In this document: positions 9,286 through 18,308 of the stretch, piece after piece | Layout of the letters: the number at the start of each line of letters is the position of its first letter | Position numbering within the stretch: position 1 is the first letter of the stretch | Assembly (NCBI GenBank): GCA_964609375.1 | Contig: CAZSSA010000001.1 | Location: forward strand, 7,694 to 71,693 | Reading direction: 5' to 3' | Origin: an uncultured Verrucomicrobiota bacterium | GTDB lineage: Bacteria > Verrucomicrobiota > Kiritimatiellia > CAIKKV01 > CAITUY01 | DNA: 64,000 bases | Notes under the pieces: generated by a model | Told to the model about the DNA's origin: nothing | Seen by the model: the letters and a program-made list of their open reading frames with translations, nothing else | Databases searched by the model: none | Position numbers and translations under genes: made by a program

Positions 9286-10542
9286 TTAATGCTTAAAGCA
9301 CCGTTGCCCGGTAAACACCATGGCAACATCCGCCTCATTACACGCCTCAATAACCTCAAAGTCCCGTTCAGACCCCCCGGGCTGAATAACCGCGGTAATC
9401 CCCTCGCGGATCCCCACCTCAACTCCATCGCGAAACGGGAAAAAGGCGTCCGATACCATGCATGCCCCTGTCAGACCACCTTTGCAGTCCGCCGTGTCTT
9501 TCTCAATGGCCACCTTCTTAACCTCATCCGTCAAAGCGCCATAAGGGACCCCATGGCGTGTCCAGCATAGTCGGTCGGCAAAGTTCCGATACGCCTTGTC
9601 ACGGGCGTACTGGGCCATGCCAACACGATCCTGACCGCCTGCTCCAATGCTGATAGTCACCCCATCCTTCACATACAGGACAGAATTGCTGGTCACGCCA
9701 CATTCAACCAACCAGCCAAACATCAAATCCTCATATTCCTTTTCCGTCGGCTGCCGTCCTATTTTGTACTCCCTGCCTTTGTAAGTGGCCTCAGCCTGGG
9801 TCAACCCCGAGACTGCTCGCGTCAAGGGAACAAACGACGTTTGAACAATCATGCCCCCGTCCACCAACGACTTTATATCAAGTGTGACCGCCCCTGCAAA
9901 CGCATGGAGCTTTGCCATATTTCCAATCCGCATCACCCGCAGGTTCTTCTTTTTTGAAAAAACATCCATGACCCCATCATTAAAATCTGGAGCCACAACA
10001 ACCTCAGCATAATTTTCAACAATGAGCCTCGCCGTATCAAGATCAACAGCCCTGTTGAGCGCAATAGCACCACCAAACGCAGCAACCCGATCTGCCATGT
10101 TCGCCTTACGGTACGCTTCAGCCAGTGAATCATCCCGCGCCGCACCACAAGGATTATTGTGCTTAACAATCACAGCACAGGGTTTATCCGTCAAATACCG
10201 CATGATGTTAAGGGCATTGTCTGCATCCGTGATATTCGTCTTGCCTGGATGCTTTCCGGACTGCAGTAATTCCACGTCCGAGGCAAGATAACGGCCCGGA
10301 TGGATGCACTGCACTTCACCTAGTGTAAGGTTGCCACCCGTCAGCTTAAACAGAGCGGCTTCCTGGCCGGGATTCTCTCCATAGCGCAATCCCTTGCGTA
10401 CATTATCAATCAGCCAAGAGACTTTTTCATAGGTCAGCGTCTGCCGTCGACCGTCCTCATCGATGAAGGCTATCTCCATGCGGGGCGGAAAATGATCATC
10501 CATGATGGTCTTATATGCCGACTTGAAATCTTGTGTAGCCAT
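9286..10542 (-). CDS. purH: AICAR transformylase-domain protein (PurH C-terminal domain only; no IMP cyclohydrolase/MGS domain)
   Basis: LRYGENPGQEAALF, CAVIVKHNNPCGAA, AFGGAIALNRAVD, DGGMIVQTSF and MVSDAFFPFRDG...VIQPGGSERD match the PurH AICARFT domain. Only 418 aa. Start at MATQDF with GGGAGAA 6 nt upstream. Confidence 0.8.
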   Translation of the reverse strand: MATQDFKSAYKTIMDDHFPPRMEIAFIDEDGRRQTLTYEKVSWLIDNVRKGLRYGENPGQEAALFKLTGGNLTLGEVQCIHPGRYLASDVELLQSGKHPGKTNITDADNALNIMRYLTDKPCAVIVKHNNPCGAARDDSLAEAYRKANMADRVAAFGGAIALNRAVDLDTARLIVENYAEVVVAPDFNDGVMDVFSKKKNLRVMRIGNMAKLHAFAGAVTLDIKSLVDGGMIVQTSFVPLTRAVSGLTQAEATYKGREYKIGRQPTEKEYEDLMFGWLVECGVTSNSVLYVKDGVTISIGAGGQDRVGMAQYARDKAYRNFADRLCWTRHGVPYGALTDEVKKVAIEKDTADCKGGLTGACMVSDAFFPFRDGVEVGIREGITAVIQPGGSERDFEVIEACNEADVAMVFTGQRCFKH

Positions 10543-10652
10543 GCCGATTCTCCCGTTATAAACAACCAAACAAGGCGCCCGACAAACACTACACCAGGCG
10601 CCCCTAACACGGTCGGCACAATACCCTACTTTCTCATCAGAAACAACAACAC

Positions 10653-11537
10653 TTACAACCTGTGCGCCCGCTTTGCAGACTCAACGGTGTTGTAAAGGAG
10701 CATTGTGATCGTCATGGGACCCACTCCACCGGGAACCGGAGTGATCATTCGTGCCTTTTCCTTGCAACCCTCAAAATCCACATCACCGACAAGCCGGAAG
10801 CCCTGCTTTTTGGTGGCATCTTCAACCCTGTTAACTCCAACATCAACCACCACGGCGCCATCCCGTATCATATCCGCTGTTACGGTATTGGGCCGCCCCA
10901 CCGCCGCAATCACAATATCAGCTTGCCTGGTAAGGGAGGCAATATCCTTGGTCCGCGTATGACATACCGTAACGGTCGCATTGGCATGCTTCCCTTTTGC
11001 GATCAGCATATTCGCCAAGGGTTTACCAACAATGTTGCTGCGGCCCACAATCACCACATGCGCCCCATCAATCTGAACTCCGCTGCGGGCGAGCATCTGC
11101 ACTACACCATGCGGCGTACAAGGCAAAAACGCTTTTTCCCCAATCACCATGCGTCCCACATTCATGGGATGAAATCCATCCACATCCTTATCCGGATCAA
11201 TGGCCAGAAGCACCTCCGACTCGTCTAGATGCTTCGGCAAAGGCAACTGCACGAGAATGCCGTTAATCTTCGGATCCGCATTCATTTTTTTAACCAATGC
11301 AATCAAATCCTGCTGACGGGTAGTCGCTGGTAGACGGTTGTCATCCGAAAAAATACCAATCTCGTGACACGCTTTTTCTTTGGCAGTCACGTAAGATCTT
11401 GAGGCCGGATCCTCGCCCACCAATATAACGCCAAGACCAGGCGTCACCCCCTGTGCTTTCATGCGCTGAACTTCAATCACCAATTCATCCCGAATCGCCT
11501 TGGCGATTTCTTTCCCGTCAATCACAGCAGCCGTCAT
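10653..11537 (-). CDS. folD: Bifunctional 5,10-methylene-THF dehydrogenase / methenyl-THF cyclohydrolase
   Basis: GLGVILVGEDPASRSYV, ILVQLPLP, DVDGFHP, GRSNIVGKP and PGGVGPMTI motifs. Start at MTAAVIDGKEI with GGGAGGG Shine-Dalgarno. Confidence 0.9.
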   Translation of the reverse strand: MTAAVIDGKEIAKAIRDELVIEVQRMKAQGVTPGLGVILVGEDPASRSYVTAKEKACHEIGIFSDDNRLPATTRQQDLIALVKKMNADPKINGILVQLPLPKHLDESEVLLAIDPDKDVDGFHPMNVGRMVIGEKAFLPCTPHGVVQMLARSGVQIDGAHVVIVGRSNIVGKPLANMLIAKGKHANATVTVCHTRTKDIASLTRQADIVIAAVGRPNTVTADMIRDGAVVVDVGVNRVEDATKKQGFRLVGDVDFEGCKEKARMITPVPGGVGPMTITMLLYNTVESAKRAHRL

Positions 11538-11590
11538 GAATTCCCTCCCGCCCATATGGATTAATTACCTAACGCACGGAACATGCAGAT

Positions 11591-12385
11591 TTAATTCCAA
11601 TGCCCTTTTAACAAAGGCAACTGTGTCTTATGCCCCACCATGGCCAGGTACATACCACAGCCGGCATAGGTTGTCTGCAACGCCTTGAGATTCGCCATCG
11701 GATCGTAAGGCACATCTTCTGGGATTGTGTACCCCACACATTCGGAAAGAAGGTGAAGTTTCTTTGACATCCAGCACTCGACAAACACTGGTATTCCGTG
11801 CTTCAGAAGACCCATCACCCGCTCATCCTTTCCAAGTACCGGTTGCGTACAGATAAACTGTGCGCCCGCTTCGATCTTGCGATGAAGCTTGTCCACTTCG
11901 TGGTCCTGTGGCTCATAGGGATTAAAAGCCACTCCCAGAGTGAACACACCAGGATAGGTCTTGTGAATATAGGCCACCAGTTCAACAGCAGTCACGGCAT
12001 TACATGATAATCCAATCGCTTGAGGTTGAAGCCGGGGCAACCGCTCGTTGCCATCGCCAGAAACAACAAGAATGTCTTTCGCACCCAGTGCAGCACACGT
12101 ATCCAGAATCTTATGCAAGTCATCCTTTGTGTGAAAGGTGTTCAAGTGAACAGAAAGTTGCCCGGGTTTGACCTCCAGCCCAAGCTCAGGAATGATATCC
12201 GTCGCCTGAAAACTCAAATGCCCCATCGGATTATCCGTAATACAGGCAACATGCCCCCCCTCCATCACCTGATTAAACTTGATCGCAAACTTCTCAAGAT
12301 CACCTTCTAAATCTTCGGTGCTCTGTTTCGGGGTCACGACCTCAATGTGGTAAACTTTATTTTTAATATCGTCATGAATCGCCAT
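11591..12385 (-). CDS. metF: Methylenetetrahydrofolate reductase family protein (short, MetF-like)
   Basis: 264 aa. DNPMG, ILVVSGDG, GVAFNPYEP and AGAQFICTQPV resemble the MetF TIM-barrel. Clustered with fhs and folD. Confidence 0.65.
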   Translation of the reverse strand: MAIHDDIKNKVYHIEVVTPKQSTEDLEGDLEKFAIKFNQVMEGGHVACITDNPMGHLSFQATDIIPELGLEVKPGQLSVHLNTFHTKDDLHKILDTCAALGAKDILVVSGDGNERLPRLQPQAIGLSCNAVTAVELVAYIHKTYPGVFTLGVAFNPYEPQDHEVDKLHRKIEAGAQFICTQPVLGKDERVMGLLKHGIPVFVECWMSKKLHLLSECVGYTIPEDVPYDPMANLKALQTTYAGCGMYLAMVGHKTQLPLLKGHWN

Positions 12386-12416
12386 TGTTGATTCCTCACT
12401 ACTGTTGTTATCCGGC

Positions 12417-14193
12417 TTAGAATAAACCGCGAACTCTCCCTGTCTTTACATCAATATCGATGTTGGTAAAGGCCGGTTCTGATGCCATTCCCGGCATTAG
12501 CTTGATATCCCCCGCCACCGGCACAACAAACCCGGCACCCCTGTAAACCAAGATATCGCGAATCGGCAACGTCCACCCTTTTGGCCGTCCTTTGACATCA
12601 GGCTCGTGCGAAAGGCTCAGATGCGTTTTGACCATACAGGTCCCTAATGCCGCCGTAGCCGGCTCCGACTCAAACCGCTTCGCCTTTTCAAGCGCCACAT
12701 CGCTATACGTCACACCATCCGCCCCGTAGATCTCCTTCGCAATCCGCTCAATGCGAACACGAAGTGGCGTGTCAAGGTCATAGAGAAACTTGAAGTTGTT
12801 TTTTTCAGCCGCCGCCGCCACGACCGTCTCCGCCAATTCTCGGGCACCCTCCCCGCCTTTGAGCCAATGCTGCGAAAGTGCAGCATACGCCCCATTGGCT
12901 TCGGCAACTTTACGAACTAAAGCCACTTCATTGGGCGTGTCAGTATGAAACCCATTGATGCACACCACTGGCCGCACGCCGCTCTTCTTGACAATCTCGA
13001 TATGCGCCGCAAGATTCTCACATCCCTTCTCAAGAAGACCGAGATTCTCGCGCGTGTAAGCTTCATCAAGCTTTGCCCCGGGCTTCACCGCTGGACCGCC
13101 ACCATGCATCTTGAGGGCCCGAATCGTGGCTACAATAACAACGGCACTCGGCTTGAGTCCCGAAACGCGGCACTTCAAGTTCCAGAATTTCTCAAACCCA
13201 ATGTCAGCGGCAAAACCACTCTCAGTAACATGGTACTCCGCTAGACGCGTGCCAATTTCATCGGCAATGATGGAACTCTGACCAATGGCGATATTGGCAA
13301 ACGGTCCGGCATGCACGAAGATCGGCTGCCCTTCGATCGTCTGGAGCAAATTCGGATTGATCGCATCCACGAGCCACGCCGCCATGGCGCCATCTACCTT
13401 TAGATCCGCTGTGGTAATTTCGTTCCCCTCCTTGTCGGAAGCGACGACCATCTTCGCCAAGCGCTCCCTTAAATCGCGCAGATCCTTGGCCACGGCGAGA
13501 ATTGCCATCACCTCGCTGCCAACCGAAATCTGGAACCCAGACTCCATCTCAAAACCATCCATCTTTCCGCCGCGACCGATGATGATGTTTCGCAGACTCT
13601 GGGCGCACAAATCAATACACCACTTGATCGCCACTCGCTTGGGATCAACATTAAGTCGCCGAATCCCCGTTCGAGCCAGCCGGGCATCATCGTAGTTGCG
13701 CTCATGCTGCATCCTTGACGTCAATGCAACCATGGCTAAGTTATGGGCATTAGTAATGGAGTCAATATCCCCCGTCAGGCGAATCGAAAAGGGAGCCAGA
13801 GGAATGCATTGCGCCAGCCCACCCCCGGCAGCAGACCCCTTAATATTAAATGTTGGCCCACCGCTCGGCTGGCGGATGGCTCCGATAACCGTTTTGCCAA
13901 TCTTCCCAAGCCCCTGAACCAACCCTATCGTGGTGGTAGTCTTTCCCTCCCCAAGGGGCGTCGGCGTAATGGCTGTAACATCAATGTACTTCCCGCACGG
14001 AAACTGATGTATACGCTCCATGACCATGCGTTGGTCCACCTTCGCCAAGTTCCGGCCCATGGGAATCACTTCATCAGGCAATAAGCCCATGTTTGAAGCC
14101 AAGACCGAAATCGGCTTCATGAAAGGCTCCGCGGCCTCCGCAATCTGCCAATCCTTCATCCGTGTCGGGTCCAGAATTACTCTATTCGTCATG
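12417..14193 (-). CDS. fhs: Formate--tetrahydrofolate ligase
   Basis: [33 protein letters not shown] and the FTHFS family signature throughout. Start at MTNRVILDP with GGAAGGA Shine-Dalgarno. Confidence 0.9.
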
Positions 14194-14246
14194 ATTCCAT
14201 CCTTCCTGCTTTCGCACTCACGATCCTCGGCTCGTAAAACCAACCG

Positions 14247-15269
14247 CTATTCGACTCCCAAACGGCCTTCCCGGTGCGCCGTAATGTATTCCACCCCGTA
14301 AAGATCTTCTCCGGTTAACAACGCCTTCGCTAATGCAAACGCCTCGGTGGTTGTATCCACCCCGGCGAGAATCTTGCTGTTCATCTGAAGCGGGTCCAGT
14401 ATCCCACTGTCAGCCCCTGCTTCCACCGCGAGCCATGTGAACACCTGATTAATGAGTTTTCTGCCCGGCATGCCAAAGGAGACATTACTCAAGCCGCCGG
14501 TGATATGAATGTCAGGACCATACTGCTTTCGAATGGCCGCCACCGCATCGATAAACCCCTTGGCATTATTTGAGTCCGTGGCCACTGGAAAAACCAATGG
14601 ATCAATGTAGACATCTCCACCACGAATCCCTGCGGCCTCCAACGCTGGCATCAACCGCGCAATATTCACCAACCGCTGTTCTGTGTCCGATGGTAGATCC
14701 TTCTCTCCTGCCGCCGAGGCAATAACCACGGCCTTAAATTCAGCCGCAACTCGAATCGAATCTTGCCGCTCTAATGACACGGAGTTAACCATTGGACGCC
14801 CACGCCCCATATCGCAGGCTTCAAGACCAGCACGCAATATCTCAGGGTTGGATGAATCGATACTTAGCGGCAATCGGCTTTTCCCTTGAACCACTTTCGC
14901 CACCCACCGAATCCCCCGGCACCGCTCCTGAATATCCGTACTAAACTCATCAACATTAATATCAAGAAACGATGCATCCGACGCCTCTTGGCGTTGCGCC
15001 AAATAGGAAAGGTAATCCGCCGCCGCCGATTTGCCATTGGCATCACCATACAATCCTTGCCACACGGCGACAGCACAATGCTTAACCTTGCCATTTTCCC
15101 AATCGGCTGTTTTAAGAAACGCATCGGGAATTGGCAAATACCGTGTATCCCCCTTCCCTCCATACACAATGGCGAACCCTCCCCCATCCGCAGGCTTGAC
15201 GAAATTTCCGCCAACTTTGTAAACACGGGTGCAATGGATATTCTCGCCAACAACAATCAGTTTTTTCAT
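14247..15269 (-). CDS. Pterin-binding domain protein (MetH folate-binding domain / MtrH/AcsE-like methyl-THF methyltransferase) with a ~60-aa insertion after the GENIH motif
   Basis: VVGENIH, LSIDSSNPE, NSVSLE, DPLVFP and GGLSNVSFGMPGR match the Pterin_bind barrel. AAGGGAG Shine-Dalgarno 8 nt upstream of the ATG. Confidence 0.75.
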   Translation of the reverse strand: MKKLIVVGENIHCTRVYKVGGNFVKPADGGGFAIVYGGKGDTRYLPIPDAFLKTADWENGKVKHCAVAVWQGLYGDANGKSAAADYLSYLAQRQEASDASFLDINVDEFSTDIQERCRGIRWVAKVVQGKSRLPLSIDSSNPEILRAGLEACDMGRGRPMVNSVSLERQDSIRVAAEFKAVVIASAAGEKDLPSDTEQRLVNIARLMPALEAAGIRGGDVYIDPLVFPVATDSNNAKGFIDAVAAIRKQYGPDIHITGGLSNVSFGMPGRKLINQVFTWLAVEAGADSGILDPLQMNSKILAGVDTTTEAFALAKALLTGEDLYGVEYITAHREGRLGVE

Positions 15270-15293
15270 GAACGAATCTCCCTTAAGCCAATA

Positions 15294-16202
15294 TTACCGA
15301 TTTTTACTCTTAACATTTTGAAGCCGCTTCAACACAGATCCAATAGCCCGTATATGTTCAGGGGTAGTGCCGCAGCAACCACCTATAATCGATGCGCCTG
15401 CTTTAACCATGGCCGGAATCCACCCCGCTGACACTTCCGGGACTTCCGGAAACACATCCATTCCGTCTATATTCTTCGGCAGTCCGGCATTCGCCTGAAC
15501 CATGATCGGCACATCAGGAACGGCAACCCGTATCTCCCTCACTATCGCCACCATCTGCTCCATTCCCTGTCCACAGTTTGCACCCACAATATGCGCACCG
15601 GCGTCCACTGCCGCTCGCGCCGCGTCAGCCGGTGTCACGCCCATCATCGTATGGTAACCTCCGTCCGCCGTGTGCTGAAAGGTGAACGTGCATAGGATCT
15701 CTAGAGAGCCTTGCTCCTTTGCCGCCTTGACAGCCAAACAAGCCTCGTCAATTGCAGACATGGTCTCTATGCATACCGCATCCGCCCCTCCAGCCGCCAG
15801 GGCATCTATCTGCTCTTGAAACGCTTCATAAATCTCTTCCTCTGTGACATCGCCCATTAGAAGCATCTTACCTGTCGGTCCCACGGACGCAATAACATGC
15901 CGGTCGACGCCAGCCGCTTCACGGGAGATTGCCGCTGCAGCCCTGTTCAATTCCACCACCCGTCCCTGCAATCCAAAATACTCCAACTTGAACCGAGTCC
16001 CTCCGAAACTGTTTGTTTCAATCATGTCGCATCCTGCTTGAACATAGCGACACGCCACGTCCAATACTTCATCACGATGCTCAACGCACCACAATTCTGG
16101 ACACTCCCCTGGCTTGAGTCCCTTCTTCTGCAAAAAAGTCCCCCATGCTCCATCAGATAAAAGTAACTCGCCGGCTCTTACTCGCTGGGCTATCGGTTTC
16201 AC
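15294..16202 (-). CDS. Homocysteine S-methyltransferase domain protein (MetH Hcy-binding domain / MmuM-like, zinc thiol methyltransferase)
   Basis: LLLSDGAWGTFL, IETNSFG and IIGGCCGTTPEHIRAI are hallmark motifs. Start set to the GTG at 16202, which has a perfect AAGGAGG 7 nt upstream; the track ORF extends to a TTG at 16256. Confidence 0.8.
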   Translation of the reverse strand: MKPIAQRVRAGELLLSDGAWGTFLQKKGLKPGECPELWCVEHRDEVLDVACRYVQAGCDMIETNSFGGTRFKLEYFGLQGRVVELNRAAAAISREAAGVDRHVIASVGPTGKMLLMGDVTEEEIYEAFQEQIDALAAGGADAVCIETMSAIDEACLAVKAAKEQGSLEILCTFTFQHTADGGYHTMMGVTPADAARAAVDAGAHIVGANCGQGMEQMVAIVREIRVAVPDVPIMVQANAGLPKNIDGMDVFPEVPEVSAGWIPAMVKAGASIIGGCCGTTPEHIRAIGSVLKRLQNVKSKNR

Positions 16203-16260
16203 ACGCCATCCTCCTTCACCGAATAAATATGGACATTCTGCCTGTTTATATTCCAAAATA

Positions 16261-16288
16261 TTGTACTTTGTCGCATTTTTTTTGTACT
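16261..16288. promoter_or_regulatory. Direct repeat TTGTACT-N14-TTGTACT (21-bp register) in the divergent region between the C1 operon and the AraC/PocR regulator; candidate operator
   Basis: Repeat read from the sequence. AraC-family proteins commonly bind direct repeats spaced about two helical turns apart. Confidence 0.3.
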
Positions 16289-16298
16289 GTTAAGCAAA

Positions 16299-17690
16299 GT
16301 GAAATCCGCCTCTCAAAACAATAAGATTTCAGCTGTTCTTGATAATATCGGCAGAACCTCCGGACAAGGCGCTGTTTATCACGGGCTACATGATCAGACA
16401 ATGTTGCTCAACAACAGAGTCTGCTCCTTTTGCGTCCATGCCCTCAACCACGCGGTGTCAGCCCCCCTATGCCGTTACTCATGCTGCAATGCCACCGTTC
16501 ACGCCATGGCTTCTGGTGAACCCTATTTCTACCAATGCTGGGCAGGCCTCCTGTTTATAACGATCCCAGTTGCCCCCCAAAACCACTGTTCAGGGGGCAT
16601 AACCATGGGTGGATTTCACACCCCTGAGCAACATCAGGATATTCGCGATACAATCGAACAAGCACTTAAAACATGGCCGACAATTGATGCAAACCCTTTC
16701 CTTGCCAAACTGACCTCGCTCCATTCAATATCCACAAGCGCCCTGAGGGGCCTCGGTCACTTAGCCATGGAATCAACTTTTTCAAGTGGCTTAAACTCCA
16801 GCGGCTTCTTCCTCGCTCAAAATGAGAAGTACAACCAACAACGTCGCATCGCTGAAGCATTTGAAGACCTTCGCACACAGAATGTTTCCACATCGGACCT
16901 GTTGAGTGATGCCTACCAATTAGTCACCTTCCTGAGCCGCAATGATCGAACCAATGCCATGGAATTCGTTTCTCGCTATCTCGCCAAATTACTCATGGCC
17001 AGCAACTGGGATCTTATAAAATTGAAAGCCCACGTCCGGATATTATTAGCCGTAATCACAAGCCACGACATCTTAAATGGTATTCCTTGGGCGGTAGCCA
17101 CCAGTCGCGAGTTGCGACATATGGCAAGACTTGAACAGGCGTCAACCACCGAAGAAAGTTGCTATGAAGTATCTGAATGGATCCTTCAATATTTCCGAAA
17201 ACCTGAGCGCATTTTCATTGATGGCCGTCGTCTTGGCGATCGGATTCTGAGCTGGATGCAGGCGCATTATCAGGAAACAGTCACCCTGTCAGTCGCCTCA
17301 AAAGCAATCGGCGTGAGCACCTCAACCCTGGTCCATCGCCTACCCAGTGAAACGGGAAAAACATTCAAGCAGTTACTTCAGGAAATACGGATTACCGAGG
17401 CCAAGAAGCTTCTGGCAACCAGCGCTTTGGACATCAGCACTGTGGCAGAAAACTGCGGATTCTTTGACCAGAGTCACTTCACCCACGAGTTCAAACGAGC
17501 CATCAGCATCACGCCAGGACAATTCCGCAAGTTACTCGCTATTCCGGAAATTGCCCTGCGGACTCCTAATACCATCAGCCTTGACGAACCCTTCATCTCA
17601 ACACGCGCACTTGACAAAAAGACGTCGGGTCGGAAATCCACCTGTCGCCGTGATAAGCACCCCCGCCATTCCCGGAAAGCATCACCATAA
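16299..17690 (+). CDS. AraC-family transcriptional regulator with an N-terminal PocR-like sensor domain
   Basis: The C-terminal region has the AraC helix-turn-helix (VSTSTLVHRL...ENCGFFDQSHFTHEFKRAISITPGQFRK). The N-terminus has a Cys/His-rich PocR-like segment (FCVHALNH...CRYSCCNATVH...YFYQCWAGLL). Start uncertain: GTG at 16299 or ATG at 16401. Confidence 0.75.
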   Translation: MKSASQNNKISAVLDNIGRTSGQGAVYHGLHDQTMLLNNRVCSFCVHALNHAVSAPLCRYSCCNATVHAMASGEPYFYQCWAGLLFITIPVAPQNHCSGGITMGGFHTPEQHQDIRDTIEQALKTWPTIDANPFLAKLTSLHSISTSALRGLGHLAMESTFSSGLNSSGFFLAQNEKYNQQRRIAEAFEDLRTQNVSTSDLLSDAYQLVTFLSRNDRTNAMEFVSRYLAKLLMASNWDLIKLKAHVRILLAVITSHDILNGIPWAVATSRELRHMARLEQASTTEESCYEVSEWILQYFRKPERIFIDGRRLGDRILSWMQAHYQETVTLSVASKAIGVSTSTLVHRLPSETGKTFKQLLQEIRITEAKKLLATSALDISTVAENCGFFDQSHFTHEFKRAISITPGQFRKLLAIPEIALRTPNTISLDEPFISTRALDKKTSGRKSTCRRDKHPRHSRKASP

Positions 17691-17718
17691 AAAAACCCGC
17701 CGTCTATTACGGCGGGCT
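17689..17718 (-). terminator. Rho-independent terminator after rplQ (end of the ribosomal supercluster)
   Basis: On the minus strand: GCCCGCCG-TAATAGA-CGGCGGGTTTTTTT. It also lies directly after the regulator stop on the plus strand. Confidence 0.7.
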
Positions 17719-17745
17719 CATGCAAGCGATCGCGAAACTCCTATT

Positions 17746-18210
17746 TTACTCTACTTTCTTCTCGTCGTCACCTTTGGTGCCGTCCGGAGTTTCACCTTCC
17801 GGCTTCGTTTTCCGTCGCTTATCGACCTGGGCGAGATCAACCCACTCCAAAACCACCATTTCAGAAGCATCGCCACCTCGCTGCCCAACCCGCACAATCC
17901 GAGTATAACCACCGGGCCTGTCCTTGTACTGCGGCGCAATCATCTCGAAAAGCCGCGTCACATGCTTTCGATGCCGAAGCACTTCCAATACCTTCCGCTT
18001 GGCATTCATCAAGTCCTCTGGCTTTCCAGAAACAAGGGCTTTCTTGGCAGTAGTCACGAGCTTCTCTGCAAGCTTTCTAGACAATCTAGCCTTCTGGATT
18101 GTCGTCTGGATCCTTTGCTCCTGAATAAAATTACTAACCAGCGAACTGAGCAAAGCCTTCCGCGCTTCCGGAGACCGACCAAGTTTTACACTATTCTTCC
18201 TGTGTCGCAT
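17746..18210 (-). CDS. rplQ: 50S ribosomal protein L17
   Basis: MRHRKNSVKLGRSPEARKALL...TTIQKA is the L17 signature. Confidence 0.9.
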   Translation of the reverse strand: MRHRKNSVKLGRSPEARKALLSSLVSNFIQEQRIQTTIQKARLSRKLAEKLVTTAKKALVSGKPEDLMNAKRKVLEVLRHRKHVTRLFEMIAPQYKDRPGGYTRIVRVGQRGGDASEMVVLEWVDLAQVDKRRKTKPEGETPDGTKGDDEKKVE

Positions 18211-18308
18211 ATCTAACTCCCAACAACCACTTACTACCCCACATTAGCTCTCAGGGCAATTACTGGCTTCTTCAACCCGTTAATAACATCGCCCGACAAA
18301 AACAGCAC

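Noticed and set aside
16203-16298. Possible SAM or B12 riboswitch upstream of the methyltransferase operon
   Set aside because: The leader is under 100 nt once the GTG/AAGGAGG start is used. That is too short for either aptamer, and no conserved riboswitch core motifs were seen.
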